A DNA stretch of 64,000 nucleotides from a virus. Positions 36,533 through 46,534 of this stretch are shown here, in pieces (the stretch's first letter is position 1; each line of letters begins with the position of its first letter). The position numbers and the translations under genes were made by a program. Below the pieces are notes generated by a model. It was not told the DNA's origin. It did no database searches and saw only the letters and a list, made by a program, of their open reading frames with translations. The DNA is taken from IMG/VR virus record IMGVR_UViG_3300029955_000024; one strand, given 5' to 3'.

Positions 36533-37672
36533 TCAACCAACGTTGTTGGTTGGTTGTTGTGTCTCCTCTGTTGAGGAGTTTGATGGGAGAATCCTCCCAT
36601 ATACTCCTTTGTCGATGGCCTTGATGTAACCTCTGTCCTTTAACGATTGGACAGTGGCATATATCGGTTGCTTTCTTGTACCGATGTCCATGCCACGACT
36701 GGCGAGTAGTTTGATGAGAGCCAGAACATCGAATGTTTTCTCTGGTTCTTTCTCCCATTCCTCCATAATCGTCCTTACCATATCCGTTGGCTTGTAAGGA
36801 CTCAGTATGCGGGAATGTGTTTGTTTCTTTGGCTCGGTAGCCTTCGCTAAAGCTTGTTTCTGGAAGACAGACAAGAATGGTTCTACCTTCTTGCTCTCTT
36901 CCATGGCTAGGTCATACCAGTTTAACAACTCGTTGACCATTGACATTTGTTGGACTGCCTCAGCCTTAACAGCTTCGGCAGTATCGATTATTCGCCGGGC
37001 TTCCGCGAACTGCTCCTCACAGCGAATAATCCGCCGCTCTAAATCCTGCTTGAGTTCGCGAGCGCCGGCTATTCTTAAATCCAGAATACTCGGCATCTCT
37101 TCACTCCCCTTCGTTGGTTTAACAGTATTCACTTCACCCAACTCACGTTGTTCTGCCAAGTAGGCGTTCATTGCTGGCATCCCGTTTTCGTTACGAATGC
37201 GGGCTGCTTCAGCAAGAACTTCTTGTTTATAAGTGAACACTTGACCTTTGGGTTTACTCTCCCGAACCTTCCGTATTGGATGATACACCAATACTTCTGG
37301 TTCCGTCTCCACCTTGGGTTTTGGCACAAGCTTGGCCAACTCCTCAAGATTACGTAGAGCTTGCTCTTCCACAGCAGACTTGCTAACAACTAGCAACTGC
37401 TTGTGTACAGATTTCTTCGCCTTCTTCTTTACCACTTTGGCGACCAAGGTTACTGCCTTGTAAGGTTTCGCCTTTGGCTTGATGCCAAGCATCCCCTTTA
37501 ACTCAGCCAAGTGGTTAGCGTATGACCTATACGCTGAAGGCGTCTTTGACAAAACGAATGTTTCGCCGTTGGATAGCGTGTATACATAGTGCTTCTTCTG
37601 CCTTACGCAGGTAGCACCATCCCGCTTTAAGATAGCTTCGATTTGGTCCTTAGGCGGCTTAACTGTTGACAT
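36533..37672 (-). CDS. putative DNA-binding protein with C-terminal winged-helix
   Basis: 379 aa; C-terminal 'LALIKLLASRGMDIGTRKQPIYATVQSLKDRGYIKAIDKGVY' is winged-helix-like. Confidence 0.45.
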   Translation of the reverse strand: MSTVKPPKDQIEAILKRDGATCVRQKKHYVYTLSNGETFVLSKTPSAYRSYANHLAELKGMLGIKPKAKPYKAVTLVAKVVKKKAKKSVHKQLLVVSKSAVEEQALRNLEELAKLVPKPKVETEPEVLVYHPIRKVRESKPKGQVFTYKQEVLAEAARIRNENGMPAMNAYLAEQRELGEVNTVKPTKGSEEMPSILDLRIAGARELKQDLERRIIRCEEQFAEARRIIDTAEAVKAEAVQQMSMVNELLNWYDLAMEESKKVEPFLSVFQKQALAKATEPKKQTHSRILSPYKPTDMVRTIMEEWEKEPEKTFDVLALIKLLASRGMDIGTRKQPIYATVQSLKDRGYIKAIDKGVYGRILPSNSSTEETQQPTNNVG

Positions 37673-37678
37673 ACCACC

Positions 37679-37981
37679 TCACAGTTGACAGATTGTTTTG
37701 TTCTTGTAGCCCGGATCTCTGAGATAACTTACGATCCGGCGTAGCAAGCCCTTCCAAACGATGTTCGCAGTTGGGCTGCATGTATCACAGCATCTACGTA
37801 GAACATCCCAGTGTCTGTAACAAACGAGCCGATCACAATGTTCACAAACGTATTCCATGGGTAATTTACAATCACCCATCTTTTGCACTGGCGTAACCAG
37901 TCGGAATTCCATTCCTTTTGGCACGTTACCAGTGTAAAAACCTGTTGTCTTCCCATCCGTTCCAACTAACAATTGAGCCAT
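37679..37981 (-). CDS. Cys-rich hypothetical protein (100 aa)
   Basis: ORF track. Confidence 0.4.
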   Translation of the reverse strand: MAQLLVGTDGKTTGFYTGNVPKGMEFRLVTPVQKMGDCKLPMEYVCEHCDRLVCYRHWDVLRRCCDTCSPTANIVWKGLLRRIVSYLRDPGYKNKTICQL

Positions 37982-38110
37982 TGCTCACCTCCAGCTTTGT
38001 CCCTTCCAAATGAAATAGGAGGGCTAAGACAGTATGTACATGGTATAGTTTGGTAGGCTGTCTTAGCCAGTTTATGAAGGAGGAGCCCTACCACCAAAAT
38101 CGCGTGTTTG

Positions 38111-38902
38111 CTAAGCTTTCAGGTTGAGCACCTCTGCTTGGTCCACTCGGAACTTGCCACATTCGAGGCTTCGTACGCTGCCGAGTCCACAGTTGCTACT
38201 CATGGCGAGAATACTGAGGATGTCATCCTCATTGACCTTGCCCGGAACGAATCGGTACACGAAGTGAATGCGACTTCCTTCTGGAGCCACTTCACTGTCA
38301 TGGACGATTGATGCCGCGCCTTTGGGTGTTTGAACACGACCCATGAACGTCTCGAAGTGCGTTTTCACTGGTTCGCCGGCTGGCGTTACCATGTAGACAT
38401 GGTTCGGATGGTCGCTGTCGATCAACGATTGACCGACTGCTCTGACACGCCCACCTTCGGAGAAGTTACCCTTGGTGCCGATTTTGCCCTTGAATAAGCC
38501 TGTTCTGCTGGCTGCCTGCTTGAGCATGGCCTTCATCATCCAGTCACCAAGCCAGACGCCCTTGTCGCTGTGCCGTAACACGTTGACGCCGTAAGATTCC
38601 ACTTCGACAATCTCTGGCGCTGCCGCCGTTACCGAAGCTTCACTGCTTGGGTCAACCTGAATGGTTGGTTTCTTCTCACCAACCTCTTGTTTGAGTATAC
38701 GCCTAACGGCCTCCTCGAACAAGATTTTCTGTTCTTCCGTTTCCTGCGGTAGCTTCATCTGAAAGGCGACGAATGCTCGTACACCTTCTTCACCGCCGGG
38801 TTGTCCACCGACAACCTTCGTTAAGAATGTTGCGTGAATTTCCAATGATGCAGTGAGGCCTATAAAGCGTCCCTCCACATCGTCCGATGTAAATGTAGCC
38901 AT
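38111..38902 (-). CDS. hypothetical protein (263 aa) immediately downstream of iteron array
   Basis: ORF track. Confidence 0.5.
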   Translation of the reverse strand: MATFTSDDVEGRFIGLTASLEIHATFLTKVVGGQPGGEEGVRAFVAFQMKLPQETEEQKILFEEAVRRILKQEVGEKKPTIQVDPSSEASVTAAAPEIVEVESYGVNVLRHSDKGVWLGDWMMKAMLKQAASRTGLFKGKIGTKGNFSEGGRVRAVGQSLIDSDHPNHVYMVTPAGEPVKTHFETFMGRVQTPKGAASIVHDSEVAPEGSRIHFVYRFVPGKVNEDDILSILAMSSNCGLGSVRSLECGKFRVDQAEVLNLKA

Positions 38903-38939
38903 ATAGGCCCCCTTGATTGTAAAACTGTTGAGATGGAAG

Positions 38940-39330
38940 CGGTGTCACGATGTTTTGCCGCCTCGAAGTATCAGATCACGAGTCGTCAAGTTTTGCTGCT
39001 CAGTTCAGTCTTGTAGCGTCTCATCTTACCTTGCCACCACGTCTCGTTGAGCCTTGTCTCAACTTGCCACTATGTGGAATTTTGTAATGTCGAGCTGCAA
39101 TGTTACATGTAATGGAATGTAACCTTGCCGCCGCGTCCCATACCGCTTTGCATCGGCAGATGTTATCTTGCCGCCAAGTTATACTCTGTGATGTCTAGCC
39201 GCTAAGTTAGAACTTAACTCGACATGTTCTGCCGCTTCGATATATGACATCTTGGATTGCCACTACATACGGAAGAATCACATAACGGACTGCCGCTGTG
39301 TATTGACATGATGTATACAGCTTCGGTTTG
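38940..39330. repeat. array of eight yTGCCRCy iterons in a 480-bp non-coding region
   Basis: TTGCCGCC, TTGCCACC, TTGCCACT, TTGCCGCC, TTGCCGCC, CTGCCGCT, TTGCCACT, CTGCCGCT spaced about 30-70 bp apart. Confidence 0.6.
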
Positions 39331-39420
39331 CCTCTTAGTTCTGGGGGCACCTAGCCCCTGTACTACGGTAGTACTAACCAACTTTGTGATGATCAAACGA
39401 ATCTCTGCTTATCCCTCCTC

Positions 39421-39744
39421 CTAAACCGTGTTTTTAATACGGTCTTCGTCGTCCATGATTTCACACTTGCTACACCTTGCTTGGGAAGCAGTGTAAATAC
39501 CACAGAATTCACAGGTGAACTCGATATCACCAGGGTGATCGTGGGTAAAGCCACATACACAAGGGAACCCGAATTCTGGATTACCACAAGCACAAGGCAT
39601 TGTCTCCCTTTCTGGGTTCCATGATAACTCGACCGCCTCCTTACAAATGGGGCAGCACTCGTGTGTTACCCAATGAACTGGTCCATCTACTTCTTTAACG
39701 AATCGTTTGCACCAGCCACATAGAACAAGCACAAAGATCTCCAA
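39421..39744 (-). CDS. zinc-finger-like Cys-rich protein (107 aa)
   Basis: 16 Cys in CxxC and CxC arrangements. Confidence 0.45.
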   Translation of the reverse strand: MEIFVLVLCGWCKRFVKEVDGPVHWVTHECCPICKEAVELSWNPERETMPCACGNPEFGFPCVCGFTHDHPGDIEFTCEFCGIYTASQARCSKCEIMDDEDRIKNTV

Positions 39745-40141
39745 AGACTAAATCTTATTCCATTTGGAACCAGTCCAAACGTAAGAACTGTCACTTCCCT
39801 GCTTCCAGAAGTCAAGTGCTTTCAAAGCACCATGACCATAGCCCGCTTGATTCAGGGCATCGTTAACACTCTTACCAATGAGCATCTCACGGGTTCCGTC
39901 CAGCCAATAGAAAGTAAACAGTTCCATTACTCACCTTCCTTTTGCTTTGTAGCTGTTACCATGTCAATCCACGGCTGCAACCGGGGGCCGGACGCTTTGG
40001 CCACTCTCTTAGCAGACAGACGTAGACAATATGTTTGTCCAAGCAGAAACCATACAGGGTTGTGAACCATTTAACTTTGAAAACTGACCAATGGTCGCCA
40101 GAGAGATTCTTGACAATTTCTAACTTTGGTACAATCATACC

Positions 40142-40357
40142 TTATTCCTTTGGCCAGAAGATCTTTATTTCACTGGGCATAAACCATACACCCAGATCTT
40201 CGGGGCCGGCAGGATAAAGACCATAAACTTCAACAGCATGCTGGTTAGTTGTAGCAGATTGGACATGCTCCAGCTTAGCAAACCCAAACCGATCTTTGAA
40301 TTGAGATTTTGCTGTGACAATCACAACAACTTCACCCGGTTTAATTGATCTTGGCAT
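40142..40357 (-). CDS. hypothetical protein (71 aa)
   Basis: ORF track. Confidence 0.35.
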   Translation of the reverse strand: MPRSIKPGEVVVIVTAKSQFKDRFGFAKLEHVQSATTNQHAVEVYGLYPAGPEDLGVWFMPSEIKIFWPKE

Positions 40358-40370
40358 TATCCCACCTCCT

Positions 40371-40604
40371 CTACCAGTACTTGATTACAAAGTTGTCACC
40401 CTCTTTGAGGGCTTCATCTCGTAGTAACTGTCTTGCTAGTTCGTTGGCAGGAATTGTTGACCAATGCTCAGGTAGCTCATCACCAACCGTAAGTCCCATA
40501 CCTTCTGGAGGGGCCTCAACAAAGTAGCACTTACCATTTATTTCTCTAACTAGTCCCCCACCCTGAGTACCAAATACTGGAAACTTGTATTCTTCTGGGT
40601 TCAT
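40371..40604 (-). CDS. hypothetical protein (77 aa)
   Basis: ORF track. Confidence 0.35.
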   Translation of the reverse strand: MNPEEYKFPVFGTQGGGLVREINGKCYFVEAPPEGMGLTVGDELPEHWSTIPANELARQLLRDEALKEGDNFVIKYW

Positions 40605-40693
40605 GAACCTTCTCCTTTGGGCACATTCGATTGGGAGCTATACATAAGCGCGCTCAACCAGAATCGTGAGACTAAGATATATCGATAGATCTG

Positions 40694-40939
40694 TTACAAC
40701 CGAATTGGAGAGCCATCTTGTTCGATGACATATTCCTCATCAGGTAGGTGATCCTGTTCACAATGTTGCACCGTGCAAACAGTCCCACTAGTAAGACTGA
40801 GATTCTTTACAAGCTGTTGAATAGTTAGGAAGTTGCGGTTGTAAACATACGTCTTCCCCTCCACTTTCAGCAAGGTCATTGTCTTTCTCCTTATTGAAAC
40901 ATTAAACAGTCGCTTGGAAGCAGCCAGACCGGCGCTCAA
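40694..40939 (-). CDS. hypothetical protein (81 aa)
   Basis: ORF track. Confidence 0.35.
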   Translation of the reverse strand: MSAGLAASKRLFNVSIRRKTMTLLKVEGKTYVYNRNFLTIQQLVKNLSLTSGTVCTVQHCEQDHLPDEEYVIEQDGSPIRL

Positions 40940-41110
40940 CCAAGAGCTACTAGTTATATCCTGTTAATACCAATAGATAATACCAATAACACTAGGATAG
41001 AGATAACCCTGTTAATCCTGATAACACTTTAACAGTGTAACACTTTAACAGTAACAGTGTAACCCTGTTAATACTTAACTCTGATAACCCTGTTAATACT
41101 AGGTCTCTCC
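40940..41110. repeat. AT-rich tandem and dispersed direct repeats (CCTGTTAATAC x4-5; 16-bp GTAACACTTTAACAGT x2)
   Basis: Read directly from sequence; no ORFs. Confidence 0.55.
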
Positions 41111-41553
41111 ATCCTAATACACCGATATCATCTCGTGTGTAAAGACTTTAAGGTTTGTGGTGGTATATTCACACCACTAATCCCAGCTACTCACAGCTGT
41201 AAGCTGTTGTAATTGTTGATGTTGCTTCACAAGTACACTGGTCTTGGGCCCGTAGCATGTACCGGAAGATAGGCCCTCACGGGACGCTACCGACTCTCAT
41301 CGGGGTGAGCGAGACTCACCTACTATACAAGCTTGGACACTTGTATAGTTTCGAATTATCATCTATTCACTAGATATTGGACAATCTAGCTACTGTTTAT
41401 CCTATACTATATAATAGTAAGGGGACAAAAGAATCGCCCCTACAGGTAGACAGCAAGGAAGCATCCCTACTGAACACCGACTACGCCTAACAGACGGCTC
41501 ATACTATTATGGTAGTACCTATGGATCGGTACAATATGACCTCTTTGTCTCTT

Positions 41554-44500
41554 TTATCCCACCTCATCAGGATTAGGTTCTTCGAATGCCTCATAATTCT
41601 TCTGAGGCAACAAAGACTCGTGTGATTCTCTCAGAATCACCATTCCATCTTCCATTGTGAAGCCACCGAACTCTATCCCCTCGTCCTCTAGCCTTACAGG
41701 GATAGTTCCAATAGCTTCCATAGTGCTTAACCGATACACAATACCAGCCTCCTTGATCACAACATCAACCTTAGCTTCGCCAAGGTCATAAGCAAACTCC
41801 TCGTCCAAATCCACTGGTACTACAAGCCCAGTTATTGGACGCAGCTTACGAGTCTTGATATCCATATACTTGATATCCCGACTCGCCTGAATAATCGCAT
41901 TACCCATGCGCTTAGTCCACAACATACCATCTGGGAAGCTCTTTCGCTTCCCCATCTCCTCTCCCTCAACAACATACTGAGCATCTGCGTAGATGGTGTG
42001 ATACAGATAGCAGAGCAGCTCTACAGCCATCTGCTTAACAGTGTCATCATCAAACTGTGCCAGATACTCAGCACAATCATTCTCTACCTTCTTATACGCT
42101 TCGTTAAGACCCTCTCTGGTCATTGGATTACCAGCGCCAAGGATAGCTTTCCAGCCACCTCTCCACACCTGTATATAACCAGGCGCATCTTCACGCTTCC
42201 GACCGGGATTGGAACCGAGATAGACAGCGATGTCCGGGCTATGCCCACCCATCTCAAACACAAATGCTTCATCGGCAGGAGCTACTGATATCCACTCACG
42301 CAGCTTCAGACGATCTATCAACACATCACGTTTATGTGTTAAGTCTTTCAGACTCTTACACATAAGCGAGTCATAAATGTGATAATCAGCCTTAGCTACC
42401 TTAGTGGTGGGGATTCTAAGGGTATCCTTCCCACTAATACGCTTACCCATAGTAGCAATATATGGATAGATCAGAGTCCCTTCCAATCCAATGTTCTCAA
42501 CAGGTTCTCTACCTTCCTGTAAGCCACTATGGAACTGACGTACAGCATCGCTAACGTTACCAAGTTGAACCAAGATGTTTGCATCCAGAACAACGCCATC
42601 AATGACATGTTCCAGATTAGTTTCAAACTTCCTCATCTGATAAAGAGGTCTCATCACAAACCACTCACGGGTTGCTTCGAGGTCAGCAATCTTAGCAAGG
42701 TTACCAAACCTCTTAGCTTCAGCGATTTCAGCATCGAGCTGTTCAAACATATATGCCCGATCCGCTGCATTGGACAACCTATTGTCAATCATATTTGCAT
42801 TAACAACAGGTCCAATTCCAGCACCGCTCCTCTGCTTCCTATCAATCTGATAAGCAAAGTGCCGATTGTTATACCATTCCTTCACGCCGCGACCGGGGAT
42901 TTTATAACCTTCAGCTTCTGCTTCTTCATCAAACTGACGACGAAGCACAGCTCCTGACTTCTTGATCTTAGCAGTTTCTGGATACGGGTTATCGTTCAAT
43001 TCCTTGAACTTGTTAACCCAGAATTCATCAAATACTACGATGAAGCGATCATCCAGATCACCACCACCTAATCTGGCTAACACTTTGTTACAGCCAGCGC
43101 CGAGAATGATAATACCTTTCCCAGCGAACCTAGCATAACGCTGATGGTGGATATTCTTGAGAATCACGAATGCATTCTGATTCTCATTTGGTTGTCTATA
43201 ACAGGCAACCAAAATACCAGCAGGGATGTCCATCATACAGCACTCATCTTTACCAATGAGCTCATCCTCAATTGGTAACAGATTCCCTTCCGTATCATGC
43301 ATATACGGGTCATGGATACAATATCCACTAACAGCTACCTTATCCAATGGGATACGTCCACGCTCCATTTGCATGACACGATACATCATGAAGTTGTTAA
43401 CCCTACGACCCAATCCCGGGTACTTAAGAGCAGACCATCCATTGATGACCGCTTCTCTCAGCACCCAAGCATCCCAATCAATCATTGAGATCCCATCATT
43501 GTAGTAATGCTCATCATCACGTACACTGTTGATATACTTAACCAACAGCTTCGTGATTTCCTTGTTATCCATCGTCTTGTTCCAATAATCCAGACGGAAC
43601 AGCTGAGCTTGATAATCAATCATGCCCGGACGCTCAAAGCGGAAGTTATCCCAGCTTTGCATATCACTGAACGGCATGATCTTCTTCAGCTTACCAAAAC
43701 AGCCGAAGTAGAACCGCTCATTCTTAATCATAGTCTTGGACCCATACACTACGAAGTCATACTCCAAATCCTCCTTATAGACGAAGTTACCCTTCGGCAT
43801 ACCTACATACCTCTCACCAATAGTGCACTGCCATGCATCTCCAATACGTGGATGCTTGCTAAGTCCAACAGACTTTGCACCATGTTCTCCTACCAAGCCG
43901 CCACCATCCAACCGAGCAGCGTCATCATCTGTCAGTCCATCGATGCTATTAAACTTCACGGTAATGATGGCACCGTTATCCAAACGATACACACCAATAC
44001 CAGCGACAACATCGAACTTAACCGGTTTACCTAACGCATGCACCCAAGTTGGTGCCATCTCACGGTTTAAATACTTACCCGCTTTCAGGCATTTCTCCAA
44101 ATCATTGAGCTCAATCCAGATCCCAACACTTCTCAAATCCACTAAATTTGTCATGGCATCAGGAACGAGATAAGCAGTAGCCCTGTCATCTCTCTGATAA
44201 CCAAACAAACACTTATAGTGGATTCCCTCGTATTGATACCCACTGTTCATAACTCGCTCTGCTACCGCAGAGTCATCAGTTACAAACTCTATGTAGGTAC
44301 AGTCTAATGCGTCTTCCAACAGCCATGGAACTTCCGCATACGGCCCATAAGCTCTGAAGAACTTAGGATCATCGTCAAGTTTTGACCCAAACTTAACTTT
44401 ATTACGACGATGAGCCTCTGTATACGGAGTCCGAGTAACAAGCTTCTTGTTACTCTTCATCCATTCAACAACAGCGATCTTCTTTACTCCTCCATCATCC

Positions 44501-45339
44501 ATCTTTACTACCTCCTTTACAACATCCTTCTTAACCGGTTCAGTAGGAACCGGAGGATTCAATTTAGTCCAGAGCTGCTCAGGGCTAATACGCACCATAG
44601 GTGCATTAACCCGAAGGCAATAACGCCATCTGTTGTTAACAGACTCATACATCACACACCAACCACTCGTTAGATACCAAACAGTATCTAACGCATTAGG
44701 TTGGAGTGCTCCCTTAACCTTCTCATTCAAGAAGGCAAATAGTCTCTCCTTAACAGGTACCTCAATAACCGGTACCTTCTCAACAACAGGTTCAATCCGA
44801 GGCTCACCAAGCTTGGTAAATGCCTCATCCACCACGGTATCAGAGACATATTGGTCGCCAAGCAGTTTCTTTACAATCACATCCTGAGATACCTCGTTCA
44901 ATTGCTTATCAGCAATAGAACGCATACCCCAGCGATTCGCATCAATGTTATGAGCGACAAACGTTGTGCCAATGTCCCAACTCTGGAACCCCGGCATAGA
45001 CAAAGAAGGCTTACCCACTTCCTTATTTAGGTAATCCAACAAATTGATTACCTTAGGAGTTTCAGCCTTCTTCTCCACAACTGGCTCAGCCGGCTGAGAT
45101 ACAGGTACCTTCACCAACGCCTTCTCAGCTTCCAATAGAAGTGTTACCTTAGTCACATTGGACCGGATCCACTTCTTAGCCTCCTCATTCCTAACCGCCC
45201 AGATATCGGTATTTTCATAGAACATCACCGACAAACCACCGATGACAAACAAAGTCTTGTTACCATCCTGTTTGTCCGCAGAAGCACCCATAGCAGCAAA
45301 CAACGCAACCAACGTATTAGAATCCATAACACACTCCAT
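41554..45339 (-). CDS. 1261-aa protein, candidate non-canonical single-subunit RNA polymerase (YonO / cellular RdRP-like two-barrel) - tentative
   Basis: 'LGGGDLDDRFIVVFDEF' resembles the (S)GGDLDGD catalytic loop of RdRP/YonO-type polymerases. No DNA Pol A/B motifs and no Walker A were found. Confidence 0.35.
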   Translation of the reverse strand: MECVMDSNTLVALFAAMGASADKQDGNKTLFVIGGLSVMFYENTDIWAVRNEEAKKWIRSNVTKVTLLLEAEKALVKVPVSQPAEPVVEKKAETPKVINLLDYLNKEVGKPSLSMPGFQSWDIGTTFVAHNIDANRWGMRSIADKQLNEVSQDVIVKKLLGDQYVSDTVVDEAFTKLGEPRIEPVVEKVPVIEVPVKERLFAFLNEKVKGALQPNALDTVWYLTSGWCVMYESVNNRWRYCLRVNAPMVRISPEQLWTKLNPPVPTEPVKKDVVKEVVKMDDGGVKKIAVVEWMKSNKKLVTRTPYTEAHRRNKVKFGSKLDDDPKFFRAYGPYAEVPWLLEDALDCTYIEFVTDDSAVAERVMNSGYQYEGIHYKCLFGYQRDDRATAYLVPDAMTNLVDLRSVGIWIELNDLEKCLKAGKYLNREMAPTWVHALGKPVKFDVVAGIGVYRLDNGAIITVKFNSIDGLTDDDAARLDGGGLVGEHGAKSVGLSKHPRIGDAWQCTIGERYVGMPKGNFVYKEDLEYDFVVYGSKTMIKNERFYFGCFGKLKKIMPFSDMQSWDNFRFERPGMIDYQAQLFRLDYWNKTMDNKEITKLLVKYINSVRDDEHYYNDGISMIDWDAWVLREAVINGWSALKYPGLGRRVNNFMMYRVMQMERGRIPLDKVAVSGYCIHDPYMHDTEGNLLPIEDELIGKDECCMMDIPAGILVACYRQPNENQNAFVILKNIHHQRYARFAGKGIIILGAGCNKVLARLGGGDLDDRFIVVFDEFWVNKFKELNDNPYPETAKIKKSGAVLRRQFDEEAEAEGYKIPGRGVKEWYNNRHFAYQIDRKQRSGAGIGPVVNANMIDNRLSNAADRAYMFEQLDAEIAEAKRFGNLAKIADLEATREWFVMRPLYQMRKFETNLEHVIDGVVLDANILVQLGNVSDAVRQFHSGLQEGREPVENIGLEGTLIYPYIATMGKRISGKDTLRIPTTKVAKADYHIYDSLMCKSLKDLTHKRDVLIDRLKLREWISVAPADEAFVFEMGGHSPDIAVYLGSNPGRKREDAPGYIQVWRGGWKAILGAGNPMTREGLNEAYKKVENDCAEYLAQFDDDTVKQMAVELLCYLYHTIYADAQYVVEGEEMGKRKSFPDGMLWTKRMGNAIIQASRDIKYMDIKTRKLRPITGLVVPVDLDEEFAYDLGEAKVDVVIKEAGIVYRLSTMEAIGTIPVRLEDEGIEFGGFTMEDGMVILRESHESLLPQKNYEAFEEPNPDEVG

Positions 45340-45423
45340 GCCCAGAAGGGCATCTCCGTTAGTGGTATGCTTTTCACATCCACGTTTAAGCGTATCTCGT
45401 ATAACAATACGAGACAGATGTTT

Positions 45424-45669
45424 CTAGAGGTTGTTCATCCAATAACCAATAGCAGTTAATACTTCTTCCTTAGTGCCAACGCATACATTCAAAGGCACCG
45501 CTATCTTGCTTCCGCCCTCTTCAATAAATAGGGCACGGTATTCACCACTCTGTTTATCACGAGCAATGGTGACACGTTGGGAGAAGAACACCCTTCGTAC
45601 ATCAATATCAGACAACGACATTCTATTCCTCCTTGTTACAGAGCTACCTCTTATAGCAGGTATGCTCAA
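45424..45669 (-). CDS. hypothetical protein (81 aa)
   Basis: ORF track. Confidence 0.35.
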   Translation of the reverse strand: MSIPAIRGSSVTRRNRMSLSDIDVRRVFFSQRVTIARDKQSGEYRALFIEEGGSKIAVPLNVCVGTKEEVLTAIGYWMNNL

Positions 45670-45714
45670 AGAGTAATACTAGGGACATAACCTAGTATTA
45701 AACTCTCAGCATAT

Positions 45715-46176
45715 CTAGTTCATGTATTTAGAAGCTTCAGATACGGAGTTTTCATCCATATCCACACCGCCCCTCAAGTTAAGCATAGAGGATAAATCCA
45801 CTACTTGGATATCCCCTTGTGGTACGTTGTACATCTGCTTAAGAGCATACAAAGTGCTCCTAAGTACATGCGCCACTGTCCATTCCCTTCTGGGCAAACG
45901 ACCCAGATAACGGGCAAGTATCCAAGGATACTTGAACTTACCTCCCCAAAAGCCCATCTCACGACGAGCTTTCTTGGTAAGTTCGTTATACTGCAGAGTC
46001 GTACCCTCCCCAGAAGAGAGGGTATACTCCAAGAAACGACCCAATGCCTGAGCACAAGGCTTAGGGAACGCTGTGTATATCAATATAGGCATACTTCCTC
46101 CAATAGAACATATCTTCAATAGCAGATATGCCCAAAGGACTAGGTATACTGTCACTATACCTAGAACTCTCGACAT
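45715..46176 (-). CDS. hypothetical protein with N-terminal TM (153 aa)
   Basis: ORF track. Confidence 0.4.
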   Translation of the reverse strand: MSRVLGIVTVYLVLWAYLLLKICSIGGSMPILIYTAFPKPCAQALGRFLEYTLSSGEGTTLQYNELTKKARREMGFWGGKFKYPWILARYLGRLPRREWTVAHVLRSTLYALKQMYNVPQGDIQVVDLSSMLNLRGGVDMDENSVSEASKYMN

Positions 46177-46178
46177 AA

Positions 46179-46415
46179 CTACATCTTGATCTTGGACAGC
46201 TCCTTTACTGCCCTATACATCCAGTAAGTCTCTAAAACAAGTGCTCCAACAACCAAAGCAGTCCTAAGACTCTTCGGTCTCACAGGTGCGAGTACTCCAC
46301 ACATCACCCACTCCCCAAAGCTGCACTTCTTCTGTTCTTTCATGACTATATTTCCTCCGAGATATGGATGGTATACGTCGTCCATCCAATTGTTAACACA
46401 ACAACAAACTCGCAC
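46179..46415 (-). CDS. hypothetical protein (78 aa)
   Basis: ORF track. Confidence 0.35.
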   Translation of the reverse strand: MRVCCCVNNWMDDVYHPYLGGNIVMKEQKKCSFGEWVMCGVLAPVRPKSLRTALVVGALVLETYWMYRAVKELSKIKM

Positions 46416-46534
46416 ATCACAGTTGCATACGCACCATAACGTGGGAGCTCAACAGCGGCGAGCATATAATAATACACACTCGCCGCCAAAATGGTTACCA
46501 CCACACCAAAGAGCGAATGGATAAACCTATTCAT
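46346..46534 (-). CDS. small membrane protein (62 aa), translationally coupled to an upstream 43-aa ORF
   Basis: Its ATG overlaps the stop of an unlisted 43-aa ORF (about 46529..46660, GGAGG RBS) in an ATGAATAG arrangement. Confidence 0.4.
   Translation of the reverse strand: MNRFIHSLFGVVVTILAASVYYYMLAAVELPRYGAYATVMCEFVVVLTIGWTTYTIHISEEI

Noticed and set aside
38940-39330. Possible CRISPR array
   Set aside because: Repeats are only about 8-10 bp, degenerate and irregularly spaced, and there are no cas genes. This is better explained as iterons or operator sites.
41554-45339. Calling the 1261-aa protein a DNA polymerase, primase-helicase or tail protein
   Set aside because: No Pol A (DYSQIELR/HDE), Pol B (YGDTDS, DxxSLYPS), AEP or Walker A (GxxxxGKT/S) motifs found by eye. 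A tail-protein role is unlikely given its position in the early block. The RNAP assignment itself remains a hypothesis.
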